Shown: in pieces, positions 27,477-41,072 of the stretch
Position numbering within the stretch: the first letter of the stretch is position 1
Layout: every line of letters begins with the position of its first letter
Assembly (NCBI RefSeq): GCF_006345805.1
Contig: NC_043009.1
Coordinates: 37,262,001-37,326,000, forward strand
Direction: 5' to 3'
Origin: Octopus sinensis
Lineage: Eukaryota
Length of the DNA stretch: 64,000 bases
The notes under the pieces: model-generated
What the model was told of the DNA's origin: nothing
Databases searched by the model: none
Seen by the model: only the letters and a program-made list of their open reading frames with translations
Translations under genes and position numbers: made by a program

Positions 27477-27483
27477 TATATAA

Positions 27484-27515
<32 letters not shown>

Positions 27516-28046
27516 GTATGTGAATGTGTGCATGTGTGAATATGTGTTACGCACAAACACAGCCACGCGTACAAAATGTACTTACTGTATATGTATGAGT
27601 TTTTGTATGTAAATAAAAAAATATACTCTGCCCTATTACCTATAAGAAAAAGAAAACTCATATTTTGTACAATAAACTTTATTGTATTAGAAAGTTCAAA
27701 GCCATACAGTGATTTTGTAGTTTCACCAGCGGACAGAAATAAAGTCATAGAAAGTCACAGGAAAAAAATGTTCGTTTCATTTAATTACCATCAGTCATAT
27801 TTAAGGTGCTTAAGCAAAGAATATTTTAAGTTGCTTATGGCCAGAGTTAGGATAAAAATAATTTTCCTGAAATTGTGAGTGATCCCTTGTGTGCGCGTGC
27901 GCGCGCATGTATTGTAACTCTTTCTCTGTGACTTTTATTCTGAATCCGTTTCATCTTCGGAATGTTGAAATAGTGAAATTATAAAAAAAAGGGAGGAGAT
28001 ACTTATACGGGGACAAGGTATGTGTGCGTTATATGAGTAGATTTTC

Positions 28047-28392
28047 GGTAGTAGTTAAGAAGAGTGGTCCCGGTGCACGCACTCACGTACTCGCGCATCC
28101 GCGCTAGCTAGTCGTGACTGGTCGATCCTACAACGACTACTTGGCAAAGTAAATATAACACAAAAACATTTTTTTTACACAAAGCAAATAATTTTTTTAA
28201 ACAAAGTAAATAAAACATTTTTGTGTTTTATTTACTTTGTTTTAAAAAAATAAATAAAAAGTAAATCATTTTCTAAACAAAGTAAATAAAACAAAAAAAA
28301 CACAAAGTAAGGATCGACTAGTCACGACTAGCTAGCGCGGATGCGCGAGTACGTGAGTGCGCGCACCGGGACCACTCTTCTTAAATAGTACC
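28047..28392. mobile_element. MITE with ~85-bp TIRs and 9-bp TSD (Mutator-like)
   Basis: TIRs ggtagtagttaagaagagtggtcccggtgc...gtcgatcct and reverse complement. TSD tagattttc at 28038-28046 and 28393-28401. Confidence 0.85.
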
Positions 28393-28716
28393 TAGATTTT
28401 CTGGGACAGTTCACTTGTAAGTAATATTTATGTATATTTTGGTTTTGGTGTATGTAGATGTGTGTTTATAAATGATACATGAATTTGTTTGGATATAGAA
28501 TATGGCACAGTAAAACAAAACAAATTAGATTGTCTGTGACAAAATAAAACAAATTAAATTATTAACCATTAAGTGCGTCAAGTTGGATAATATTATGCGA
28601 TAAATTGAAGCAAGATACTTGCTTGTGAGTTTAGATCTGTTAATAAAAAGAGAAAAGTTTATTTGTAAAGGTTTGCTTTAAGCTCATTTAGGTGCTTGCT
28701 TAGGATTAACCGGTAT

Positions 28717-29100
28717 GGATGGAAGCACTCCGTCGGTTACGACGACGAGGGTTCCGGTTGATCCGATCAACGGAACAGCCTGCTCGTGAAATTAACGTGT
28801 AAGTGGCTGAGCACTCCACGGACACGTGTACCCTTAACATAGTTCTCGGGGATATTCAGCGTGACACAGTGTGTGACAAGGTCGGCCCTTTGAAATACAG
28901 GTACAACAGAAACAGGAAGTAAGAGTGAGAGAAAGTTGTAGTGAAAGAGTACAGCAAGGATCACCACCATCCCTGCCGGAGCCTCGTGGAGCTTTAGGTG
29001 TTTTCGCTCAATAAACACTCACAACGCCCGGTCTGGGAATCGAAACCGTGATCCTACGACCGCGAGTCCGCTGCCCTAACCACTGGGCCATTGCGCCTCC
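28717..29100 (-). mobile_element. tRNA-derived SINE family C
   Basis: Full length. TSD attaaccggtat at 28705-28716 and 29101-29112. Confidence 0.92.
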
Positions 29101-29472
29101 ATTAACCGGTATAAAAACGGCATGGACGAAAACAACGTAGATTTGAAGCAGAAAAATTATCTGCATGATGAAACACCGTGTGATGGAGTGTTGATTGGAA
29201 AAACACATATTTTTGAGTTTGTTGAATCGATAGTGTTGAGGGAAACGGAGTGGTGTGAAGTACGCAGTTAATGTGCCAAACAAGATGAAGGGTTAATGGT
29301 TCTGATACAAAAAGCTGGTGTGTGTAGGAAGGTGTTGTCAATTTAGAAAACATGTTAGTTGGTATGTTGGTTGTGGAACAACTATAGTCACGGGGCTATA
29401 CGTATAGACATAATTGTACAATATATCCAAACATAGCAAGGTAGACATACATACATATAATATATCTATATA

Positions 29473-29546
<74 letters not shown>

Positions 29547-29721
29547 TCCTACATATACATCTTCATATAGGCACGTACAAGCACATGAGCACGCACACGC
29601 ACATGTTTCGCTCATGCAGTCTATCTCTTTCTCCCTCTTTCTCTCTCTTTCCTTCTTTCTCTCCCCTTCTCTGTCTATTTATATATATATACACACATAC
29701 ATATACATACACATGCACACA

Positions 29722-29763
<42 letters not shown>

Positions 29764-29786
29764 CCTCTCTCTCTTAATATATATAT

Positions 29787-29993
29787 TAGCACGCCGGGCG
29801 AAATGCGTTGCCGTATTTCGTCTGCCGTTACGTTCCGAGTTCAAATTCCGCCGAGGTCGACTTTGCCTTTCATCCTTCCGGGGTCGATAAATTAAGTACC
29901 AGTTACGTACTGGGGTCAATGTAATCGACTTAATCCGTTTGTCTGTCCTTGTTTGTCTCCTCTGTGTTTAGCCCCTTATGGGTAGTAAAGAAA
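29787..29993 (+). mobile_element. SINE family A
   Basis: A core and 3' end aagaaata. Confidence 0.88.
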
Positions 29994-30400
29994 TATATAT
30001 ATACTTATATTAAGGGCATTACTATACATAAAAGCCTCACGCTAGGAGGGACTAATAAAGTCAAAACTACTATAATAAATAAACACATTGTACTGAATTC
30101 GAGGGAATGTAACTCTCGAAGCGAGAATTTTAAAAACAGAATTCAGCTGCATATCATGTGATTTCATAATTAGTGAATAAAATGCACTTTTTGATCTTTA
30201 GTGCAAACATAATTCAAGATACATAAAAATGAACAAAAAATCAACATATCAGACGAACACCAAATGCATCCAAATGTCTTTAATATAAGTAAATATATGT
30301 AAGAGGAATAAATTGATGTATTTTTCCCTTATGAGGTTTTTCACGCTAACTACTTGATAAATTCTTATAAAGATTTTATCCTATTTTCATTGTATGTATG

Positions 30401-30431
<31 letters not shown>

Positions 30432-30441
30432 TGTATGTATG

Positions 30442-30480
<39 letters not shown>

Positions 30481-30535
30481 TATATATATAATATATACTG
30501 AAAATCGTTTCCCGTAAGCGAACTTAAGGGATATA

Positions 30536-30579
<44 letters not shown>

Positions 30580-30741
30580 CATAAGTTCGCTTACGGGAAA
30601 CGATTTTCAGTACGCATATAAAAGCTTTATTATGTCAGTTACTGCCTAATGATACCAACTTGCAACAGCAATTTTATAGGGTTGTACCGAACTGTGCGGA
30701 TATAACATAGGATAACTACAGTAATAATAATAATAATAATA

Positions 30742-30794
<53 letters not shown>

Positions 30795-31031
30795 GTCCAT
30801 GGATGTAATTTGTAAATACTTTAATTCATCGCTACGCGCGTTTCCACAAATCACATGCTTCCTACGACCATAGTCCGTATTCCTGGGATCATTACAGTAT
30901 AATCCGTAATATTCATGGACATCAGGTGTATCTTAATTCATGCGTTCATTTCTTTTTCTTCAGGTGATATGGCACTTAAGTTGAGAGTAACGAATGTATA
31001 ACTGAACGACGTTTATCAATTTTCACCAATC

Positions 31032-31637
31032 TGTTGCAGGGAGTTAGTAATAATGGTACACCTCTCCCACGTGACGAATGGAATAACTTAGTCACTATAA
31101 GTAAAGAGAAGTACATGAAGTACCAGAGTACGTGGTAGGTTGTCAGAGATAGTTGTGTCTTCACTGGTTTTATTAAGTATACTGTATACCGAAATGGGTG
31201 TTATAGCAATCCAATATTAAAAGGATTATAAAAGTGGTGACGAGGATTTAAAGAATCCACGATGAATTAATAAGGTCGACAATATCGCGAACTCCATAAC
31301 AAAATTCAAATATGAACTCTTGAAGAAGGAGTTACCGTCGAAACATGCTACAGAAGATATGAAGAAATCTTCGAGAAGGAATGTAAAGATTAGAACGACA
31401 AGATGAAAACCTGCTTAATCTTGAGAAAACTTGCGGCAACAGAACATAAACGATACAGTAATTATGTACTTCCAAGAAAACCTTCGGACATAAACTTTAA
31501 TGACACAATAGATATATTGTGTAAAATTTTCAGTGAAAAAAGTTCATTGTACAACATTTTTTTTTTACTGATTTTACTAAATATACTGTATACTGAAATG
31601 GGTGTTATAACAATCCAATATTTTAAGGATTATAACA
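31032..31637 (+). mobile_element. Internally deleted Gypsy-type LTR retrotransposon
   Basis: Starts TG and ends CA. LTR 3' part duplicated (about 31163-31230 and 31566-31637). PBS-like tggtgacgagg at 31235. gag relic KTCLILRKLAATEHKRYSNYVLPRKPSDINFNDTIDILCKIFSEKSSLYN. Flanks caatc/aaatc form a near 5-bp TSD. Confidence 0.75.
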
Positions 31638-32118
31638 AAATCAAAATGTTCCATGGAGTATGTGGGCAGTTCTGTGTGTATTTGGTAGGGAAGGAAATTA
31701 AGGTGATAGATATAAAGAAAGGAATGGTAATGAAAGAAAGGGAGGGGCTAGACTTGTTTTGATATTTGTGTGTGCACATCTTAGTTTAGTATAGGCGCTT
31801 GGTTTAACCTTAGTCACAGCAGAAATTTCCGCAATGAATTCAGATGTTGTACGCCCAGGAGGCAAATTTTGTTTTGGTGTTGAAGTTCATTATCTGAGTT
31901 GACAAATGATATTCCCTTAAAGGATCCTTTTAATCACTTCTTGTGGTACAATGATATAGCATAGGAAAATACAGTTCTGTTTTTTTTTTGCTTTTTATTT
32001 GTTCAGTTTGTTTCTATGTTCTTTTGTTCTGTTACATGTCATGATGGTTAGTGTTTCTGTTTCATAATGTTCTATTGCAATTATGTCTAGAGGTCTATAG
32101 TCCTTAGGTATTAAGTAT

Positions 32119-32556
32119 CAGGTCATCCCATAAGTTCTGTCCGAATTTTGAATAAAGAAAACAAGCGATCAAATGTTATATTTAATTGAAATTTAATCAT
32201 CAATGTACTTTCCCTGATTATCTATGACTTCCTTTCATCTATTTACAAGCTTTTTAATCCCATCAATGTAAAACTCTTTTGGTTTCAAAGCGAAGAACTC
32301 TGAAATGTCAGTTTCGACTTCCTCCTGGCTTGCGAAAGTTATGTCCCCCCAAATGATTCTGTAAACTACGAAACAAATGCTAGTCTGAAGAGCTAAGTCG
32401 GTAGAATAAGGTGAATGACGAATTTTTCCCAACCAAGCTCTTCGATCTTCTGTGATGTGATCTTTGCAGTGTGGGGTCGCACATTGTCCTGATGAAACAT
32501 CACTCCTTTTCGATTCACTAAAGCAGGTATTTTTTTCTTCAAAGCTTGATTCAAAC
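32119..32556 (-). pseudogene. mariner (DD34D) transposase 3' relic with TIR
   Basis: RKGVMFHQDNVRPH..ELGWE / HSPYSTDLA..EFYIDGIKKLVNR. Confidence 0.85.
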
Positions 32557-32649
32557 TAGTATGGTAAAAGGTGGTGCACTTGTGGCTGCGTAACCTAGCC
32601 CTGACCTTCATCTTTCCAGTTTTTTTCTTGTTTTACCTAGCCACTATTT

Positions 32650-33712
32650 TGGCAGTGCTCACCAAGAAAGATCATATCTGTGATCTGATTTATCTGATCT
32701 GACGGTGTGTCAGGGACTCAAATTCATCGCAGGCTTTCTATACAATACGTGGATAGCGGTCAATTGCGTAGAAGTATGTGCGAGTGGATCGAGAAGTTTA
32801 GAAATGGCCAGACAAATGTGAAGCATAATGAAGGGAGAGGATGCTCATAAGTCTCCACCACTGACGAGAAGATTCAACAAGCTCGAGCGATGGTTCTGGT
32901 GAAATGACGAATGGCTATCTATGAGTTGGCATGTTCTCTGCCAATTAGTTATGGTTCTGCATACGAAATCAGTCCACGAAAATCTTCGTTCCGTAAAGTC
33001 TGTGCGAAGTGAGCTTACGTAGCTTATAAGCGCAATCGTGTGAAGCTCTGTCAACGCTAACCCAACCATTACAGCGATGAAGGTAAAGCACTTTTAGAGG
33101 GAACGGTCACAGGAGATGAAACCTGGGTCCATCACTTTGAACTAGAATCCAAAATGCAGAGTATGCAGCGGAAACACCTGGAGACGCTAGTAAAATAGAG
33201 ATTCAAGGCAACCTTCAACAAAAATGTGATGTTAACTATTTTGAGATCGACAGTCAACAGTGTAGGCTACGGTGAAATGCTGACCAACAAATTGAAACCA
33301 GCAATTCGCACCAAACTCCGTCTTCTATTGTTAACGCAAGTGTTATTGTTGCACAACGCTCAACGACACACAGCCGCCCATACCGTTGAAAGCATTGAAA
33401 AAAATGGATTTCGAGTTCCTGGGACACTGCATAGAGTGCAGATTTCGCCCCTTCCGACTATCATTTCTTTGAACCGTTCATACATAGAGGTCGTCAGTTT
33501 GCTATAGATGAAGAAGCGCAGGAAGTGGTACATAAATGGCTGCGAAATCAGACGAAAACCTTCTTGTCTGACGGAATAAGCAAGGTTGTGGATCGCTGGA
33601 TGAAGTGCATGGAAATGCAATGAGACTATGTCGTAAAATGATGTACTTGTTCAACACCTGTTTTTTTGTTTTTATAAATTACAAGTGTGCATATAATTTT
33701 GACTTACTCTCG
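32650..33712 (+). pseudogene. mariner transposase relic
   Basis: WIEKFRNG, FRKVCA, VTGDETWVHHFELESKMQSMQ, LLLHNAQRHTAAHTV; many stops and frameshifts. Confidence 0.85.
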
Positions 33713-34099
33713 TATATGCATGTTTTTAGAGTGCAGGTGGAAAGGAGGGAGTGATGGAGTCAGTTTTACTAGTTTTATAAGGTAAGTTTGTTAGCATTTG
33801 AGTTCAGTCAGGAGTTATGTCTGAGGCGTGTCATATTCAGGTCACAATTTGGGTTGTTTGAATGTTATCTTACGACTGATCAAGATTCTTTGAGTATAGG
33901 TTGATGTTGTACTATTGAGTTGCATAAAAGAATGCTTATAGATAATACTGGATCGATTTATCACGGAGCTACCGATAACAACACTATCTTTGAGAAAGGT
34001 CAAAGTTTTTAATATATTTTCAAATACTTTTTTTAAGAATCGGTTAGAGTAATATAGATCATATTACTTTTATCTTATACTGGTTTCAGCCATAGACTG

Positions 34100-35490
34100 G
34101 GTCCCTGGTGAATCAGCACATTTCAGTGTGGTTGGATTTCTTTCCTGTACTGTCTTTGGTGGAACAACGAGTTGGACGGAGCTGCTCTTCTTTGTGCCTC
34201 CTGTCACGATTTGGGTTCATCTGGTATCTCAAATAAAAATTTGTCCAGACGCTCTTTGAAAACCGCCGCAATAACACCGTCTAAATCTCTGAGGTTGTCA
34301 GGAAGAATGTTGAACAGTTGTGGGGTCTTGAAACTCAAGATGTTCCAGTACTAGGTCTGTATTCAAGATGGCGAAGACGGGATTTTTGATACTATGCAGG
34401 GCTATTCAGTTCGATGGCTGGTATAACTTTCAGTTCCAAAGCTGGTAGCTAGACCTTCCAGGATCTTCCATATGTATATTACTGCATATCTTTCACGCCT
34501 TCTCTCTTGGGATTAGATCTTCAGTTCCTTTTATCTCTCCCAGTCGTTCATCTGATTCACCGAGTCAATCTTCTTTGTGTAGGTGCACTGGTTTGCTTCA
34601 AGTTCCAGACGGCTCAGAACAAAAGTTATCTATAGGAGTAGCAATGTATCCTTTTCCCTGTTTCTAAATGATATCAGAATCCATCCATACATTCGCCTGC
34701 ACAGCGCCATATTGTTAATATGCACATGGAATGTTGCATCATTATTCACCCGCCCACTTTGACTCTAGAATTGCACTACTCGCTGGTCCTGTACATTCGG
34801 ATTGTAGTTTGTTTGTGGGCCGAGGGTGGAGTGCTTGAAACTTCTCAGCATTGAACAGCATGTTATTTTCATCAGCACATATGTATTGGGTTTTCCAGAA
34901 AATGCGTGCCGATTTATAGTAGCTTACCTTTCGACTTATTTTAGAACATGGTTGAGTCCATGAAATAGGATTTGACTATACCTCCATTTAGAGCACAGTT
35001 TAAGCTATCTTTTCGTTGAAGAAGGTTTATGTTCCTATAACCTGTGTTAATTCTGTAACCCTTTAAATTGGAAGTTCATTTTCGGCACTTGATGCTTTGG
35101 TAACCAGACAAAAATTGCTGCAGTTCGGCTGGGATGTGTTACTCCACCCTCCATATTCACCAGATATTGCTCCTTCGGATTTCCACTTAAAGTGTCTGCA
35201 GAATAGTTTTAATGGTAAAAATTTCAATTCCTTGGATGACGTAAAAAGATACCTTGATGAATTCTTTGCCATGAAACCACCTCAATTCTGGGCAGAGAGT
35301 ATTTTCAAGTTAAAGGAAAGATGGAGACGTATTGTGCAACACAATGGTTTATATTTGGTGATTAAAAATGTAATAGCAAGTATTTATTGACCTTTTTCTT
35401 TCCTTTAAAAATCGACACGAACTTTCCGGACAACCCAATATATTGCATACAGGTCGTTTTCCAGTTTTAGTATGTCATCATGGTTCTTGA
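34100..35490 (-). mobile_element. CR1-like LINE RT relic, interrupted by a mariner
   Basis: KLENDLYAI|YICADENNMLFNAEKFQALH is split by the mariner at a TA. Later ERRRERYAVIYIWKILEGL. Confidence 0.75.
34886..35438 (+). mobile_element. Internally deleted mariner with both TIRs
   Basis: ta|ttgggttttccagaaa...actttccggacaacccaa|ta. Encodes QFGWDVLLHPPYSPDIAPSDFHL..KLKERWRRIV. Confidence 0.9.
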
Positions 35491-37483
35491 CAACTCTAGG
35501 CATAAGGCCCGAAATGTTGTGGGACTAGGCCAGTATTATCTGTTATTAACATAGCTAAGTGGTTGACTGTGTGGTGAGGGCATGTCTTACAGAGCCACCA
35601 CAAACTGTAGTAATCTCCGCTGCAAATTAATGTCTTTTGAGCACTGTTGGTTGCAACTGTCCGACTTCTGTCTTTTAAAAAGCAATGCAGCCAATAAGCA
35701 GGCTATGACATCGAAGTTTTGGCTTATTACCCATTGTAAGAATGTTGTCTATATAGAGACGTGAACAAAGTAAACCACACTCTTACGTTGGCTAATAAAC
35801 CGAAACTGCGATGCCATTGCCTACATATTACCAGTAAAAATGAATAAATATGTACTCTACTCAAAAGAATTGTGTAATCTTTCAGTTTAATATATTTGTG
35901 TGCACGTGCGTGCGCGCTGTGTGTATGTATGTAAGTATGCATGCGAATGTGTGTGAATGAGTGTGCGCGTGTATATATATATAGAGTGCAACGCAAAGAT
36001 TACGTTCTGATATATCTAAGAGCTTCAGGAATTTCTGTCTCTTATCACGTAAACCGAAATTCTAATTAGTTACCGATCTGATAACTAAGATAATAATAAA
36101 CGGTCATTGAGATTGCTAACAAAAACATTATATTTCTCACTGAACTTCATATATATTTATAACAATTAATTGTATAACAATACATAACAGTAAATACATA
36201 ACGTATAAACGGGGTGAATCACTTTTATCAATCTTTCAGAGTATCAATATATGTTTGTAATTGTTCTAAATTATTGAATCTATTTTCTAACAAAATCAGT
36301 CAGTAATACCATGTGTTTGGCGACATTTTGTCATATTAACAGACAAACATAGATGGTTACAATGAGAACAATGCCAAACAAATTACAAAAATGTGTGTGT
36401 ATACAATATTACATAACGTAGTACGCTAACCTTTGACACTTTATATATGTGTATGTATGTATGTATGTATGTATGTATGTATGTATGTATGTATGTATGT
36501 ATGCATGTATGTATGTGTGTATGTGTGTGTACGTATGTGTGTGCATTATGTAGGTAAGGAGGGTAAGAATAACGCTTCATCCAAATTATTTAATTTCTCT
36601 GTCTGACGAATTTCTGATTGGGACTTCCTTACATGTCTATGAAAAAATTCTATAATTCTTATTAGTAAATGAAACATGTGTAATGGTGAATAGATAATGC
36701 CAATGAATTTTCCAACTTACTGCTATTTTTTAAAATGTAAACATACGCATATATATATATATTTCCCTCACTTAACTTGTCTCTTCCTCTCTCTCCATTC
36801 TTCATTCTCTCTCTCCCTTTCACATTCTTCATGGTCTCCTCCTCGCACCATTCCCCTTCTTCTCTCTCTCCTCTGCTCCTCCTCCCCATTCCCGTCATCC
36901 ATCTGCGACGATACTTCCGTCGTAACTGCTATCCTGTCTTTTCTCGCCCGCCTTGTAAGGCTTCTGGTCGACAAATTCCTCTCTCTCGTCTTCCACGATA
37001 ATCCAGCGTTTGCATACTTTTTTCGTCTGGCGTTAACACCCTTTTATCTCTTTCTCCTTGTCCTGTCTCTCACTGTTATATATTTATTTTTCCACTGTTT
37101 ATATATATATTTTTTACTGTTTATATGTTTGTACTGTCGTTACCGTCTTGCTTTTTTACCCCTCTGCGAAAAGATCTCAGAATTTTAATTGATTTGCTTT
37201 TCGCGGGAAGGATTTTTCCTCGAAGTATACGTCCTCGCTTTTATCCTTCGAAACGTTTAGTAGATGAAATCTTAGCGACTGAAGAAGGGGATTTTTCGTT
37301 GTGCTTATTGTCCTGTATCTCTCCTTTTTTTTTTGCTTGTCTTGTTCCTTGGTTTGTGTCTATGTGTTTCGTCTCTCTATGTGTTCGACGTCGTTTTGGT
37401 GTCCTGTACACATATATGCGTGTATATGTACATGTAGAGTAGGTACGTACATATATGTTTATATATGCATATTCTATTTATTA

Positions 37484-37542
<59 letters not shown>

Positions 37543-37544
<2 letters not shown>

Positions 37545-37796
37545 GCGCGTGGCTTAGTGGTTAGGGTGTCAGCATCCTGATCGGAAGATTGTGGTTTCGA
37601 TTCCTGGACCGGGCGACGCGTGTGTTTCTTGAGCAAAAAACTTCATTTCACGTTTCTCCAGTCCACACATCTGGCAAAAATGAGTAACGCTGCGATGGAC
37701 TGGCGTCCCGTCCAGCTGGGGAACACATACGCCATAGAAACCGGGAAACCGGGTCCATGAGCCTGGCTAGGCTTTAAAAGGGCGCATTTATTATTA

Positions 37797-37848
<52 letters not shown>

Positions 37849-37850
37849 TT
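37543..37850 (+). mobile_element. tRNA-derived SINE with (TTA)n tail, 3' part related to the family C variant
   Basis: ggcgcgtggcttagtggttagggtg..ggtttcgattcc head; gtcccgtccagctggggaac..gaaaccgggaaaccgg shared with 450-759. Confidence 0.8.
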
Positions 37851-38072
37851 TATATATATATATATACATATAAGGAGAATTCATAAAAAAACAAAAGACG
37901 AAGACAGGTGGTGTAGACAACAAACAGATGTATTAGCTTAACGCTTGGGAAGTGAAAAAGTCTTTAACGTTTCGAGCCGACGCTCATCCACAGAAAGGAA
38001 CACACAAAGAAACAAGAAGAGAAAATAAAGAATGTGCAGTCGCTGGCAAAATATAAAATTAAAAAACTTCTG

Positions 38073-38283
38073 TGCCAGTATGCTGAAAAATAGACTTCAG
38101 ATCGTCTAAGCACAAACAATATTTTTCACTATAAATACACAGCGTGTTGAAACGAGGAAAGCAAGCTACGAACTTTTAAAATTTCAGTTAGCTTGCTTTC
38201 TTCGTTTCAACACGCTGTGCTTTATAGTGAAAAATATTGTATGTGATTAGACGATCTGAAGTCTATTTGTCAGCATACTGACA
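38073..38283. repeat. ~210-bp near-perfect palindrome
   Basis: Arms of about 95 bp with a loop of about 20 nt (38169-38188). Confidence 0.92.
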
Positions 38284-38775
38284 AAGATTTTTTTTTTTCT
38301 TTTGCACTTATTTATAATAGTTTATATTTTAACTTAAAAAGTAATATGATATGCTGGCCACTGATAAAATTTTCTTTTTGAAAAATGTTATTCTTACATT
38401 AGAAGTATATATATATATATATAACATTATTGGTGAATTGAAGAAATGGAGCTGAACGCAGATTGAACAGAAATCGTTTTATTTCATTCTACACGTGTTT
38501 CGAAAGGCACATATATATATATAAATCTGAAGATTTGTCAATATGCTAGGCCACTGGTTTTAAATTGATAATAATCAAATTAATATTCAATTTTTCCCCC
38601 TTATTATCTAATTAATAAATATATATATATATATATATATAATATATTATATATATAATATATAATATAACATATATATATTTATAGTTATGTATGTATT
38701 ATGTATGTATGTATGTATGTATGTATGTATGTATGCACTACGTATATATGTATGTATATGTTGTGCCCGTATAGA

Positions 38776-38836
<61 letters not shown>

Positions 38837-39881
38837 TATATACATTTATATGTATGTATGCATGCATGTATGTGTGTGTATGTATGTATTTATGTATACG
38901 CATTTAAATATATAATTAAATATCATTTCATGCAGTTCCAAATCATATATATGTATAGTTATTCACATAATTAATTTCGTTCAAATGATACGTATATAGA
39001 CGCATGCGCTTCCGCATATAGACATAGCCACTCAATTCCTGCTATACACACGCACACATGGGGATATATATGTGCCAATGTATATGCCACATAAGCATGC
39101 TCACATGCCTACCTGTAGTTTTATAAACACACCCATGGAGTACATCTATCTCAGTATATATCTACACATATAAACGCATAAACACACTTCTTTATATATG
39201 CATGTGTGTGTATGTGTGTGTACGTGTATGTATACGTGCACGCGATCGTGTGTGTACACAACAGATAGATAAACAAGCATATTTGCACTCTTGTGTATAA
39301 CTGTAGAGCCCTAAGAACTGCTAAATACTCATGTATACAAATACAGATATACACACAAGCATATATATACAGGCACAAACAGAAACGTATATGCACAGAA
39401 ACGTATATACACAGAAACATCTATATACACACAGTATATACAGTAATTTATCCATCCGTCCATCCACCCATTCATGAAAATGAAATAAAAAATGAAATGG
39501 ATATGTGAATTAATTTGTGGGAAAAATAAAGGAGAAAATAATAAACTAAAAATGAAATAAATTGTCCAATATAAACATGATTTATAGCATTGAATGTGTG
39601 GCCCATAATAAATATTAGATGTAAATATGATCCTATATAATAATATACTGTATTAGAATGTATCCACATATATTTTAAATTACTAAAGGAAATAAATAAT
39701 ATATCAAAATATTTTTTAATATTTGCGATATAGAACATCTAATAACGGAAACTACCTTACATAATATATGATATATTTTCTATATGATATAAAAAACTCA
39801 TATCGTACATATGACATTAAACGCAATGTAAAGCGTGTTGTTTAAATGTCATAAACAGTACTCGTAATAGACACAGTATTC

Positions 39882-40497
39882 AGGGCGGTGAGCTGACGTC
39901 GGTCGAAATGCTTAGTGGTGTTTCGTCTGTCTTTACGTTCTGAGTTCAAATTCCACCGAGGTCGACTTTGCCTTTCATACTTTCGGGGTCGATAAATTAA
40001 GTACCAGTTACGCACTGGGGTCGATGTTATCGACTTAACTCCTTTATCTATCCTTGTTTGTCTCCTCTATGTTTGGCCCCTTGTTGGCAATAAAGAAATA
40101 AGAAACGTAATCACGTCGGTCGAAATGCTTAGCGGTGTTTCGTCTGACTTTATGTTCGGAGTTCAAATTCCACCGAGGTCGACTTTGCCTTTCATACTTT
40201 CGGGGTCGATAAATTAAGTACCAGTTACGCACTAGGGTCGATGTTATCGACTTAACTCCTTTATCTGTCCTTGTTTGTCTCCTCTATGTTTGGCCCCTTG
40301 TGGGCAATAAAGAAATAAGAAATGTAAGCACGTCGGTCGAAATGCTTAGCGGTGTTTCGTCTGACTTTATGTTCGGAGTTCAAATTCCGCCGAGGTCGAC
40401 TTTGCCTTTCATCCTTTCGAAGTCGATAAATTAAGTAACAGTTGCATACTGGTGTCGATCTAATCGACTGGCCCCGTCCCCCAAAATTTCGGGCCTT
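39882..40497 (+). mobile_element. SINE family A tandem (about 3 units)
   Basis: Units share private variants (catactttcgg, aactcctttatct). Confidence 0.9.
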
Positions 40498-41070
40498 TTA
40501 CTTGCTTCTGTCATTTTGACTGCGGCCATGGTAGAACACCGCCTTTAGTCGAAGAAATCGAGCCCAGGACTTATTCTTTGTAAGCCTAGTACTTATTCCA
40601 TCGTATCTTTTGCCGAACTGCTAAGTTACGGGGTCGTAAACACACCAACATCGATGGAGTGGGGACAAATACAGACACTCAAATATGTGCAATATTCTTT
40701 AAGTTTTTCTTTTATCCGTTCCAGGCATTGGCTTGCGGCCATGCTGGGGTACCGCCTTGAAGGGCTAAATCAGACATATTGACCCTTGTACATTTATTTT
40801 TTTATTTTTCGAAGCCTGGTACTTATTCTATCGGCTTCTTTTAGAGAACCGCTAAGTTACGAGGATGTAATCAAACTAACACCGGTATGTTGGGGACAAT
40901 CACAAATACAAAGACACTGTGACACACACCCGCACACATAAATATAGATATACCATGAGCTTTCACATAGTTTCCATTTACCAATTCTCTCACAAGGCAT
41001 TGGACTGTCCGGGATTATAGTAAAAAGCACATGCACATGGGGTCACAGATTAGGACAGAACACAAAATCA
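40498..41070 (-). mobile_element. SINE family B fragments
   Basis: Reverse-complement B tails, diverged. Confidence 0.7.
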
Positions 41071-41072
41071 CA

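Noticed and set aside
28055-28384. piggyBac/Kolobok call from the TTAA on both sides
   Set aside because: The inverted repeat extends beyond TTAA to a 9-bp direct repeat, which fits a Mutator-like element better.
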